A DNA stretch of 64,000 bases from Dendrobates tinctorius (lineage: Eukaryota). Under the pieces are notes generated by a model. The model did not search any database and was not told the DNA's origin. It saw only the letters and a list, made by a program, of their open reading frames with translations. The stretch covers positions 6,262,001 through 6,326,000 of the forward strand of contig NW_027361912.1 of the NCBI RefSeq assembly GCF_039654945.1, read 5' to 3'. This document shows, piece after piece, positions 51,130 through 63,742 of the stretch. The position numbers were made by a program, and so were the translations under genes. The stretch's first letter is position 1. Every line of letters begins with the position of its first letter.

Positions 51130-51439
51130 AAATCACTAGATCGTGGAATAATAATAATTTCCACAATTGGATGTGTTTAAATAAAATGTTCCTGTGCTGA
51201 GATAATGTTATAAATTTGTCCCTGCTACTGATACTCTTTTGCAATCTCCCCTGCTCATGCAATGTGGTATGATCCAACCATGTTCCTGTACGGTCAGACA
51301 CGGCCATTACACAGTACACAGCAGGGGCACATTTATAAGATTATCTCAGCACAAGGACTTGTATTTTAAACACATCCAGTTGCGAAAATTATTATTTTTC
51401 CAAGATCTAGAACTTTTGTTTGTGGGAAAGTCCCTTTAA
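51130..51439. mobile_element. Palindromic T2-like MITE (left end eroded)
   Basis: GGATGTGTTTAAA..TGTGCTGAGATAAT / ATTATCTCAGCACA..TTTAAACACATCC; ends CCCTTTAA. Confidence 0.6.
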
Positions 51440-51601
51440 CTCCGGTCAAGTGAACTGCGGTGTGCCCAATACCACCCCCATTTCTGGCATTTGACCCTCA
51501 CGGTGAACTCTACCAAAACAATGCGGAAGAAGAACAAAGGATGTCTAAGTGGGAACTCTAGAAGAATAACAAGTAAGGGGGCTCTTAAAGTAGGTTATAT
51601 A

Positions 51602-53010
51602 CAGGTGCTTCTCACAAAACTAAAATGTCACCGAAAAGATAATTTATTTCAGTTCCTCAATACAAAAAGTGAAACTCATATTAGGCTTCTTAAGCGTTTA
51701 AAAAGGTCCCTTATTCTGTTTCAGTAGCTCCACAATCATGGGGAAGACTGCTGACCTGACAGATGTCCAGGAGGCAGTCACTGACACACTCCACAAGGAG
51801 GGTAAGCCACAAAAGGTCATTGCTAAAGAAGCTGGCTGTTCACAGAGTGGTGTATCCAAGCATATTAATGGAAAGATGAGTGGAAGGAAAAAGTGTGGTA
51901 GAAAAAGGTGCACAAGCAACCGGGATAACCACAGCCTTGAAAGGATTGTTAAGGAAAGGCCATTCAAACATTTGGGGGAGATTCACAAGGAGTGGACTGC
52001 TGTTGGAGTCATTGCTTCAAGAGCCACCACACACAGACGTATCCAGGACATGGGCTACAAGTGTCGCATTCCTTGTGTCAGCCCCTCATTACCAATAGAC
52101 AACGCCAGAAGCATCTTACCTGGGCCAAGGAGAAAAAGAACTGGACTGTTGTCAGTGGTCCAAGGTGTTGTTTTCAGATGAAAGTAAATTTTACATTTCA
52201 TTTGGAAATCAAGGTCCCAGAGTCTGGAGGAAGAGTGGAGAGGCCACAATCCAAGCTGCTGGAGGTCTAGTGTGAAGTTTCCACAATCAGTGATGGTTTG
52301 GGGAGCCATGTCATCTGCTGGTGTAGGTCCACTGTGCTTTATCAAGACCAAAGTCAGCACAGCCGTCTACCAGGAAATTTTAGAGCACTTCATGCTTCCC
52401 TCTGCCGACAAGCTTTTTGGAGACGGAAATGTCATTCTCCAGCAGGACTTGGCGCCTGTCCACACTGCCAAAAGTACCAATACCTGGTTTACAAACAGCA
52501 GTATCACTGTGCTTGATTGGCAGCAAACTCGCCTCACCTTAATCCCATAGAGAATCTATGGCGTATTGTCAAGAGGAAGATGAGAGACACCAGACCCAAA
52601 AATGCAGACGAGCTGAAGGCTGCTATCAAAGCAACCTGGGCTTCCATAACCCCTCAGCAGTGCCACAGGCTGATCGCCTCTATGCCACGCCGCATTGATG
52701 CAGTAATTGATGCACAAGGAGCCCCGACCAAGTATTGAGTACATTTACTGAGCATACATTTCAGTAGGCCAACATTTCAGATATTACAATCATTTTTCAA
52801 GCTGGTGTTATAAAGTATTCTAATTTACTGAGATGACGACTTTTGGGTTTTCATTGGCTGTAAGCCATAATCCTCAACATTAACAGAAATAAACACGTGA
52901 AATGTGTAACACGTGAAATGTGTAATGGCTCTATATAATATATGAGTTTCACTTTTTGAACTTAAATAAATTCACTTTTTGATGATATTCTCATTTTGTG
53001 GAAGCACCTG
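51602..53010 (+). mobile_element. Decayed Tc1 element (frameshifted transposase ~51738-52738)
   Basis: TA|CAGGTGCTTC...GAAGCACCTG|TA; MGKTADLT, VMVWGAMS, LQQDLAPVH, NPIENLW, GAPTKY. Confidence 0.9.
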
Positions 53011-53066
53011 TATATATCTAACATTAGCACTTGTGCACAGTATAATAGGGTCTATTGTCAGTATAA

Positions 53067-54005
53067 GGCTGCGTTCACACGTCGCGGTTTGAATGCGTTT
53101 TCACGGCGTTTTTTGACGCGCGATTTTGCAGCTAAAACGCAAAAAAACCCAGCATCCCATGCAATTCTATGGGATTCCGCAATGCTGTGCTAATGCTGCG
53201 GATTTTCCCGGGCGGAATCGCATCGCGGAAAAATATGCAGCAGGCTCATTATTTTGCGGAATCGCGGCGATCCCGCACCCATAGGAATGCATTGTTCCGC
53301 TTACTTCCTGCATGTGGCTGTGCACACCATGCGAAAAGTAAGCAGAACATTTGCGGATGGTACCCACCGTCCGGAGGAGCGAAGACTGTCCTCAGGGCTT
53401 TGGGTACCATATCCCTGTAAAAAATAGAATAAAAAAAATTGGGCTATATTCACCTTCCGGCGTCCCGTGCCGCCTTCCCGAGCCTCAGCGATGCTTCCGT
53501 TCCCAGTAATGCCTTGCGAGACCTTTGAAGACGTTGCGGTCTCAGGATAATGTAGCGGTCCCTATTCCTCGCGAGATTGCTACAGTATCGCAAGACCGCA
53601 ATGTCATCAAAGGTCTCGCAAGGCATTACTGGGAACGGAAGCATCGCTGAGGCCCGGGAAGGCTGCGCGGGACGCCGGAAGGTGAATATAACACCATTTT
53701 TTTTATTATTTTTAACAATATATCTTTTACTATTGATGCCGCATAGGCGGCCTCAATGGTAAAAAGTTGGTCACACTTGTCAAACACTATGTTTGACGAG
53801 TGTGACCAACCTGTCAATCAGTTCTCCAAGCGATGCTACAGATCGCTTGGAGAACGCTAGCATTCTGCAAGCTACAAATGCTTGCAAATCGCTAGTTTTT
53901 CCGCTGGAAAATCGCGGGAACTTAAAATGAGATTTTCCCGCGGAATGGAATTCCGGAATTCTCGCGGTAACTTCCACAAGACTTCCGCTACATGTGCACA
54001 TAGCC
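53067..54005. mobile_element. Harbinger-like MITE with a palindromic core at ~53440-53700
   Basis: TAA|GGCTGCGTTCACACGT...ACATGTGCACATAGCC|TTA. Confidence 0.78.
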
Positions 54006-55159
54006 TTAGAATATACGTATCTCATTGTGGTTGTTCTAAAATGTTTATAAATTGTTCTGCTTCAGCAAAGGAAGATTGGCCTAAACATAGCAACTAAAAT
54101 TAAGCTGCCCATTCAGACCCTCAGGAGTTACCACATCTAGCAACACAAACATTTTTTGAGCCAGATTCATCAAAGCTTTTAGGTCGGAATCGTAAATATT
54201 TTTTTTTTTAAAAGTCGCAAAATTTTGTCGCAACTTGAGGCTGCGCTACAATCTTGTGACATTTTGGAGTTCCCATATAATTTTTGACTAGGTCCAAAAA
54301 AAAGTGGGCAGGACGAGGGTGTAGTGACCGCTGCTTGTCAATTTCAGCGGGAACTGGAGTAAGATTTTGTGGCGGGGAGCACATCACTCGTCAGACGCTC
54401 CGGATTCATTGAACAGGAGCCTCGCACTCCACTTCATCCCCTCATCAACACCAGTGTGAAGATCGGTGGTCTTTATGAATCAGGACATACTCTTAGATTC
54501 CCCCCCCCCCCCCCCAAAACAAAAAAAACTTTTCAATCTCAAATCCTCCTGGACCAGGAGTAAAAAAATAACAGTCCAAACAATAGCCAGCACTCACATC
54601 TTCTTAAAAAAATTACTACTGTATATTGATCCAGGCTTGACAAAGGACCATGTAGGTCTGAATCATGTTGCCTGGGAGCCCAGAGGATATTTCTTTTCTG
54701 ACTTTTATATTTTTTTTTTGCTATTGTGTTCAACCATTTTTTGTGCCTTTTAAACCACTGGATCAATAAAACAATTATTTTAAGAAGATGTGAGGGCCGG
54801 CTATCGTTGGAATGTTGCTATTACCGGAGCATTTTGTCTTTTGTCCTGCACCCGGACAGGTGAGCGTTTTCATATTTCAGGAGTGAAAATGCCATATTTG
54901 CTCCAATAATATACAGAGTAGGAATCTTATTAATAGAGCGAGGGAGGCATCGTCTACCGCCTGACAGTACAATATCCCAGGGCCTGCTCCTCTCCCGCAC
55001 AACACTGACATTAAACATGTTCTTAAGGAAGAATGTGCCTAATGTTACAGGAAAGCACTGCAGATTATAGACCGGGCGCCCGAGACAGCAAAATGCAACT
55101 CCCCAAATGGTTCATTGCACAATACACTCTCGGCAGAACAGAAGCTGCCAATATAATAA

Positions 55160-55445
55160 TCACGTACGTGTCCATCGCACATGTAATAATCATATGTAAT
55201 AATGGCACATGTAATAATAATCATATATGTAATAATGGCACATGTGATAATAATCATATATGGCATGTAATAATCGCTCATGTAATAATAATCATAAATG
55301 GTATGTAATAATCTAACATGTAATACCGTAATCATATATGCAATAATAACCGCACATGTAATAATCAAACAGTATATGTAATATGTACTAATCATATATG
55401 TAATAACTGCACATGTAATAATCATATACCGTATGTAATAATCGG
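55160..55445. repeat. AT-rich degenerate minisatellite (CACATGTAATAATCATAT)
   Basis: Recurrent motif. Confidence 0.75.
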
Positions 55446-56109
55446 GCATACACACAGTTACATCGTTAGTACAGTTGAAAAAAAAAAACAAAAACTCCTG
55501 TCCATCAAGTTCAAACATGAGATGGGAAAGGATAGAGCGCATTTGGTTTGGTTACAGCCATAATAACTGATCCAATCTGCCCTAAAACAACACATTTTTA
55601 TTTCCTGATTCCAAATACTGATAGACTGGATCAAGATTCAGAACAAGAATTTTACACATTTTAATACGCAGGCACTTAATGGACAAATTACGGGCTGTAG
55701 GCTTCGAAAGTAAAGGTTGTAACTGGATTGAACGCTGTCTCAAAGATCCCAAGGGAGCTGAGGTGAGTGGCGGTTACTCTGAATGGTTTCGGTTATAAGT
55801 GGTGACTTACCAGGAGTGAGTGAGGCACTAATAGTGATGAGCAAACGTGCTTGGTTAAAGCTTTTGGGGGACCCTACACACCCTCTGTCACAACGAGGAG
55901 TGTATGGGGGGGCTTCTGTCACTACCAGAGGGTTTAGGGGGCCCCCACTGTCGCTACCAGGGTTGTATGGGGCCCTGACTGTCACTGTCAGGGGTATAGG
56001 AGATCCTTAAAGTCATTATGGGTGGTGCAGGGAGCCCTTCTATCACTCCTAGGAGTGTAGGAAGACCTACACTACCAGGGCATTAGAGGGTCCTTACAGT
56101 CATTATCAT

Positions 56110-56732
56110 TGGTCTAGGAGGCCCTTCTGTCACTACTAGGGATGTAGGAGGTCCTACTGTCACTACCAGGAGCATGGGAGGTCCTACAGTCACTACCAGG
56201 AGCGTGGGAGGTCCTACTGTCACTACCAGGAGCGTGGGAGGTCCTACTGTCACTACCAGGAGCGTGGGAGGTCCTACTGTCACTACCAGGAGCGTGGGAG
56301 GTCCTACTGTCACTACCAGGAGCGTGGGAGGTCCTACTGTCACTACCAGGAGCGTGGGAGGTCCTACTGTCACTACCAGGAGCGTGGGAGGTCCTACTGT
56401 CACTACCAGGAGCGTGGGAGGTCCTACTGTCACTACCAGGAGCGTGGGAGGTCCTACTGTCACTACCAGGAGCGTGGGAGGTCCTACTGTCACTACCAGG
56501 AGCGTGGGAGGTCCTACTATCACTACCAGGAGCGTGGGAGGTCATACTGTCACTACCAGGAGCGTGGGAGGTCATACTGTCACTACCAGGAGCGTGGGAG
56601 GTCATACTGTCACTACCAGGAGCGTGGGAGGCTCTACTGTCACTACCAGGAGCGTGGGAGGTCCTACTGTCACCACCAGGAGCGTAAGAGGTCCTACTGT
56701 CACTAACAGGAGTGTGGGAGGTCCTACTGTAC
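56110..56732. repeat. 30-bp minisatellite (GTCACTACCAGGAGCGTGGGAGGTCCTACT)
   Basis: About 20 copies; degenerate units extend left to ~55880. Confidence 0.95.
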
Positions 56733-57759
56733 CAGTGATGTAAGGGACATCTTTGCACTAGCTTCAGTCTAGGGAATTGTGACCTGTTATTTTTAATGTG
56801 CATTGACCAGTCCTGAACCGAATTTTGAGCCCCGGAGCCGCAGTATGCTGCTGCTGGGCTGGTTTATTCCTCGCGCAGGACAGATACATCCCACGGCACT
56901 GACCGGACACAATCTAGGAATGTACAGTACACAGGGCGGCAGAGAAAAAGACGTTAGCTAACTTTCGCTTCCGTCACGTATTTTTTTTTATTTTTTTTAA
57001 TTTTTAATGGCCGTAATTTCAGTATTTTTTTGCATAAAAAAAAACAAACAACATTTTTGGGAATTTTTGTAGAAGGTAACTGTAGAGTTAATTTGATGTT
57101 TTATACATACATGTCTCTTGAGGGATATCCCTTTAAAGGTATAATTAAAGGGGGGCAGTGACTGTCTCGTGTAAATTACAGAGCGTGTGTAACAATAGAC
57201 CTCCCGGCTGCCGCTCACACTGGTGACCACTAATGGCTGACGCTCGGTCTGCAGTCTCCTGACCGCCCAGATTTCTTCTATTATTTCCATACTCCTTAGT
57301 TTTCTCAACAAATAACACAGAATTAGCAACCCACAGATTACGGGGTCCCTCTATAATAAGTACAGTAAAGGAAAACGTCATTGCGCTGAAGGAGAGACTG
57401 AAGGAAACCTCCAGCAGGGCGGAGGGACGTTCTGTATACTAGGCCTCAATCTGCAAAGCTCGGCATCGCAGGTGAATTTCCATGTGGAAAAAGTCTGTAG
57501 TATGTAAAGGTCAGCAGTCTTCGTGCTTCTGGTGGACACCCCGGTGCGCTATGTCCCCGGGCGCGATTCTAATGCTCTGTAACCTACCATCAAGACCAAG
57601 GGTGGGCAAATTATTTTCCTGAGGGGCCATATGAGAGACAGTGACTGACGAGGGCTGAACCAATAGTCAGAAATTAATTCTGCTGAATATTAATATCATC
57701 ATATAATTATTTATATTAATTGTATCACTTAAAATTGAGCAGAATTAAGTATGCTCACC

Positions 57760-58660
57760 TCCCCCTATATACCATATGAGCCCAACACAGCCCCCTATAT
57801 ACCATATGAGCCCCACATAGCCCCCTATGTACCATATGCGCCCCACATAGCTCCCTATATACCATATGAGCCCCACATAGCCCCCTATGTACCATATGAG
57901 CCCCACATAGCTCCCTATGTACCATATGCACCCCACATAGCTCCCTATATACCATATGAGCCCCACATAGCTCCCTATATACCATATGAGCCCCACATAG
58001 CTCCCTATATACCATATGAGCCCCACATAGCCCCCTATGTACCATATGAGCCCCACATAGCTCCCTATATACCATATGAGCCCCACATAGCTCCCTATAT
58101 ACCATATGAGCCCCACATAGCTCCCTATATAACATATGAGCCCCACATAGCTCCCTATATACCATATGAGCCCCACATAGCTCCCTATATACCATATGAG
58201 CCCCACATAGCTCCCTATATACCATATGAGCCCCACATAGCTCCCTATATACCATATGAGCCCGCACACAGTCCCCATATACTTTATGAGCCCGTACATA
58301 GTCCCCTATATACTGTAGAAGTCCACACACAGCCCTCACATACCGTAAGAGGCCACATACAGCCCCCTATGTACAGTATGAATCCCCACATACCATCCTA
58401 TATACAGCATGAGTACCCCACATAGCACCCTAAATAAAGCATGAGCACCCCACATAGCCTTCAAAACAGTATGAGCACCCCATATACAGTATAGACCCCC
58501 ACATAGTCTCCTATATATAGTACAATACCCCTATATACAGTATGAGTGCCCACTTAGCCCCTTTACCCCTTTATACAGCATAAGCCCCCCACATACCCTC
58601 CTATATATAAAGATGAGCCCCTACAATATACAATAAGAGCACAAACATAGCCTCCATATA
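57760..58660. repeat. 30-bp minisatellite (CCCCACATAGCTCCCTATATACCATATGAG)
   Basis: About 17 near-perfect copies followed by degenerate ones. Confidence 0.95.
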
Positions 58661-58662
58661 TA

Positions 58663-60123
58663 CAGTGACCTCTTTGAATTTTTCACTCTGTTTTATTGCA
58701 GCCATTAGGTAAATTCAAAAAGTTCATTTTTTTCTCATTAATGTACACTCTGCACCCCAACTTGACTGAAAAAAAAAGCAGAAATATAGAAATTTTTGCA
58801 AATTTATTAAAAAAGAAAAACTGAAATATCACATGGTCATAAGTATTCAGACCCTATGCTCAGTATTGAGTAGAAGCACCCTTTTGAGCTAGTACAGCCA
58901 TGAGTCATCTTGGGAATGATGCCACAAGTTTTTCACATGTTGGTGGACAGCCATTTTCAGGTCTCCAGAGATGCTCAAGAATGCTGTGTACTTAGGGTCA
59001 TTAGGGTCATTGTCTTGTTGGAAGGTGAACCTTCGGCCAAGTCTGAGGTCCAGACCACTCTGGAAGAGGTTTTCATCCAGCATATCTCTGTACTTGGCTG
59101 CATTCACGTTTCCTTCAATTGCAACCAGTCATCCTGTCCCTGCAGCTGAAAACACCCCCATAGCATGATGCTGCCACCACCATGTTTCACTGTTGGGATT
59201 GTATTGGGCAGGTAATGAGCAGTGCCTGGTTTTCTCCACACATACCGCTTAGAATTGTCACCAATAAGTTCTATCTTCGTCTCATCAGACCAGAGAATCT
59301 TATTTCTCATAGTCTGGGAGTCCTTCATGTGTTTTTTTAGCAAACTCTATGCGGGCTTTCATATGTCTTGCACTGAGGAGAGGCTTCCGTCGGGCCACAC
59401 TGCCACAAAGGCCCAACTGGTGGAGGGCTGCAGTAATAGTTGACTTTGTTGAACTTTCTCCCATCTCCCTACTGCATCTGTGGAGCTCAGCCACAGTGAT
59501 CCTGGGGTTCTTCTTTACCTCTCTCACCAAGGCTCGTCTCCCACAATTGCTCAGTTTGGCTGGACGCCAGGCCTAGGAAGACTTCTGGTGGTCCAAACTT
59601 CTTCCATTTAAGTATTATGGAGGCCACTGTGCTCTTAGGAACCTTGAGTACTGCAGAAATTCTTTTGTAACCTTGGCCAGATCTGTTCCTTGCCACAATT
59701 CTGTCTCTGAGTTCCTTGGCCAGTCCCTTTGACCTCATGATTCTCATGTGGTCTGACATGCACTGAGGTCTTATATAGACAGGTCTGTGCTTTTACAAAT
59801 CAAGTCCTATCAGTTTAATTAAACACTGCTGGACTCCAATGAAGTAGAACCATCTCAAGAAGGATCACAAGGAAATGGACAGCATGTGAATTAAATATGA
59901 GTGTCTGAGCAAAGGCTCCGAATACTCATGACCATGTAATATTTCAGTTTTTCTTTTTTAATAAATTTGCAAAAATTTCTACATTTCTGCTTTTTTCAGT
60001 CAAGATGAGGGGCAGAGTGTACATTAATGAGAAAAAAATGAATTTTTTTGAATTTATCAAATGGCTGCAATGAAACAAAGAGTGAAAAATTTAAAGGGGT
60101 CTGAATACTTTCCGTACCCACTG
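58663..60123 (-). mobile_element. Decayed Tc1 element inserted in a minisatellite
   Basis: TA|CAGTG...CCCACTG|TA; ~200-bp TIRs; WSDETKIEL, KHGGGSIMLWGC, FQQDNDP, KGASTQY* remnants. Confidence 0.9.
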
Positions 60124-61283
60124 TACAATACGAGCCCCACATAGCCTTGGTGGAAAATGGACCCGGCAGCCCCATCGTCCATCAATGTACTCACCGCAGT
60201 GTGCATCCTGAGGATGCAGATAATGGTGACAGCAGGTGGCTGTGTCAGATGGACAGCGGGAATGGTGTAGCCCGTGAGCCACTTTTTCAACCCTTTGGCC
60301 CAGCTCAGTCAGCAGGCCAGATTGGAACAGCCAGAAGGCTGGATGTGGCCAGTGTGTTGCTATTTTTCTAATCCAAACTATTTAAGTGGGCGGATATTCT
60401 TTATGAGCATTCTACCAGCACTCTTAGTACTGTAACTCCCTTACTTTCTAAAATGCATTGCACTTGCAATTGACCTATAACTTGCCTCTCTGCTGTTATG
60501 ACTGTGTGCACTGTGCCAGTCAAGAAAGCAAGAGCCATAAACTGGGGTGACTAGAAGTGGCTCCAATTTCGGAATGAGGTACTTTGGATCCACCAAAAAA
60601 ATTGTCTCACTGCCCACGTGGCTAATTACTAAAGAACATGTGGCTAATTATTGGATTTACTTCAAGATTTATCCCTAAGAGTGGAGAAAACAAAGAACAG
60701 TTTTTCTCTGGGCTTTTGTGGTGTTTGGGCCTCATCTCCTCGTGATCACAGCAGATTTGTTATATCTCAACCACCCGCAGATAAAAGCTTTTATCCGTCT
60801 GTCTGGATGATCTGATAATTGCTTATTTTAGCAAATTTACAAGAATAATGTCATACTACACAGAAATAGACATAAGAAATAAAAATAACACGAATTTCAG
60901 AGTTCTCTAACCCCAAGGTTGGATTTTGTGTCCACATCATCACTATATTATACTTCTCTACGCTTTAAGAGAAGGCTTCCTGAATATACTGATCAACATT
61001 AGTGCTGGCAGAATAAGGATGTTTAACTCTCACCCATAACTATAAATGTCGCTAACACTTCCCCAAACTCATTTCCACCATCCATTTTTGGTCTAGAATT
61101 TGCTCGGAATTTACTGGGACTTTATCTGAAAAATTAGCTCTTGCATCTATGTGGCCTCCAAACCACTTCTTACTCCTTAGTTTCCTTGTCTGGGTTTTCT
61201 GTACTCTGTTTACTATGTACTGGGAGTACAAACGCCGGTAGTAAGTAAAAAAGTGCAGGTGTCCTCCTCTCAGCCCTCAGCAG

Positions 61284-61589
61284 TAGAGTTGAGCGACTTT
61301 GGTCGGATCGGGTTTCATGAAACAAAATTTGAGTCGGATGAAACTGGTCCGACTAGGGTAAAAAAAAAAAGTCGGAGTTTCGTCTGAAACCCAACCCCAA
61401 TGCAAGTCAATGGGAAATAAAGGTCGGCATTGAGTGGATGAATGTCATCCGCCCAATACCGACTTTTATTTCCCATTGACTTGCATTGGGGTCGGGATTC
61501 TGACAAAACTCTGACCTTTTTTTGCCCTAGTCGGACCAGTTTCATTCAGGTTTCACGAAACCAAATTCGACCAAAGTCGCTCAACTCTA
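61284..61589. mobile_element. Non-autonomous hAT element (palindromic)
   Basis: CTCAGCAG|TAGAGTTGAGCGAC...GTCGCTCAACTCTA|CTCAGCAG; perfect 8-bp TSD. Confidence 0.9.
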
Positions 61590-62228
61590 CTCAGCAGGAT
61601 AGTGCTGTGCATCCTACAGACGCATTACTAAGTCATGTCTACTGCACCGGACCATCAGCGGAAACACCTCTAGCACAATTGTACTCAACGCCAATGAGAT
61701 CAAACAGTTTTGCTGTGACGACTCATAAACCCAGTAGAGCTGGTATGGCAGTGATGCCTAATCTCGCTAGCACTGGGTACAAGCGTGCTGGAGAAATGAC
61801 TGCTGATGGCAGGTGGAGGAGACACATGATTTAGTAATACTTATCTTCCCGAGTCCTGAGACGAGGACACCTCCACTAAATTTCTTGAAGGGCAGAGAGC
61901 ATACTCCTAAAGTGCCTCCTTCTCCACTGCCAGACCTCATCTTCCCGATGCACAGTAGCGGAGTACAGAAAAGCCTGACGAGTAGCAGAGAAATAAGCAG
62001 GGTTTGGAGGCCACTTAGATGTAAGTTTTTTATAGGACTGAAACCAAATTGCTAAGTAAGCTCTATAACATTTTCAATGCTGGATAGAATTAGCCAAAAA
62101 AAAAAAAAACCTGTGAAAATTTAGTTACTCTTTAATCTCTTAATAACCAGATTAGGATCCCAAAAAACATTTTAGAAGAAGACAAATCCGTCAGATTAAA
62201 AGTTTTCCATTACTAAAACATGACTCAC

Positions 62229-62269
62229 CTTCTTCAATTTGTTTTTCCACGTGAATCCTCTGTACCAGC
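62229..62269 (-). CDS. dock5: DOCK5 exon ~3 (SH3; GWYRGFTWKNKLKK)
   Basis: cag|GC TGG TAC AGA GGA...AAG AAG|gtgagt; 41 nt; matches the DOCK5 SH3 segment GWYRGY...KK. Confidence 0.92.
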
Positions 62270-63026
62270 CTGTGAAGAGGTCCAAAAACCGACAGTTATG
62301 ACAAAGTACTAAACACAGACAGTCAACCTATTTTTTTTTTTTTTTTTAAATTCCATGTAATACTTTATTTAACCTGCGGGGGCACTGCAGGGAAATCAAA
62401 CAACTGGTTCCTATGCAGAGCACAGTCGGAGCCACGGAAACTACATTTTCCATGGTTTTTTGCTTGTGATTTCATCTCATCCAATATCTGCTCCCTACAC
62501 CTCCTGAATAGGATGCACACCGGTGGGGGCCTCCTTGTCCTCCAAGAACTCCTCTTATTAGGTAAAAGACCCTGCACAATGCAAAGGAATTGGCAATTGG
62601 ACAGGGAATGCATCGGTGCATAGTTGTTTTTGTTGGCATTTTTTTTCCTAACAGCACCACTTCTTTCAACAGGTTGTTTCTGGTATTGCAGTTCTGTACT
62701 ATTCAATTCAGATACAACTTGTAGACAATATCAGTGCCTTTTTTTGGAAGATGGCAGTCATGTTTTTGTAATCCTGGGCACAAACCCTCTTTAAAATCCC
62801 TGAAAGTCTCACCAAGCCGCGGAGTCGAACAATAGACACTAAAGAAATGCTAAAAATGCTCTTCACACAAGCCATTCAGCACACAAGGGGTTAGCTATTG
62901 CACGTCCAGTGTGACCGCCATATACAATGGCCACATTCTGCTCAGTGAGGAGGGTGGGTGTAGATGAGAGATTTCTCCGCTGACACTGAAGGTCAGAGGA
63001 AGCAATCCAGCGGGAGGATCATACAC

Positions 63027-63742
63027 GACAGAGGATAACGCAGGACGGAGGGTCCCGGAGGGCAGAGGATCCCAGAGGACAGAGGATCCCGGAGGACAGA
63101 GGATAACGCAGGACGGAGGGTCCCGGAGGGCAGAGGATCCCAGAGGACAGAGGATCATGCAGGATGGAGGGTCCCGGAGGACAGAGGATCCGAGAGGACA
63201 GGGGGTCCCGGAGGACAGAGGATCCCGAGGGACAGAGGATCTCGTGGGACAGAGGGTCCCGGAGGACAGAGGATCCCAGAGGGGGGAGGATCCCAGAGGG
63301 GGGAGGATCCCAGAGGGGGGAGGATCCCAGAGGACGAAGGATCCCCCAGAGGACAGAGGATCCCCCAGAGGACAGAGGATCCCGAGGGACAGAGGATCCC
63401 ACAGGACAAAGGGTTCCGGAGGACAGAGGATCCCAGAGGGGGGGAGGATCCCAGAGGGAGGAGGATCCCGAGGGACAGAGGATCCCACAGGACAGAGGAT
63501 CCCACAGGACAGAGGATCCCACAGGACAGAGGATCCCGGAGGACAGAGGGTCCCGGAGGACAGAGGGTCCCGGAGGACAGAGGGTCCCGGAGGACAGAGG
63601 ATCACGAAGGACAGAGGATCACGAAGGACAGAGGATCACGCAGGACAGAGGATCACGCAGGACAGAGGATCACGCAGGACAGAGGATCACGCAGGACAGA
63701 GGATCACGCAGGACAGAGGATCACGCAGGACAGAGGATCATG
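63027..63742. repeat. ~17-bp minisatellite (GGACAGAGGATCCCGGA and variants)
   Basis: Tandem copies visible. Confidence 0.93.

Larger units (their letters stand above)
57597..60360. mobile_element. hAT-like element carrying a 30-bp minisatellite and a nested Tc1
   Basis: CAAGGGTGGGCAA left end; the minisatellite unit resumes after the Tc1 at 60126; right end is degenerate. Confidence 0.45.

Noticed and set aside
55670-55815. Possible old CR1/L2 RT remnant (KLRAVG..CNWIE..YSEW)
   Set aside because: Too short and decayed to call without an alignment.
785-62269. Assignment to DOCK1 or DOCK2
   Set aside because: DLIRPR, LIMSPL, DQLSGQLDDN and [19 protein letters not shown] match DOCK5 better as I recall the sequences; a tree would confirm.
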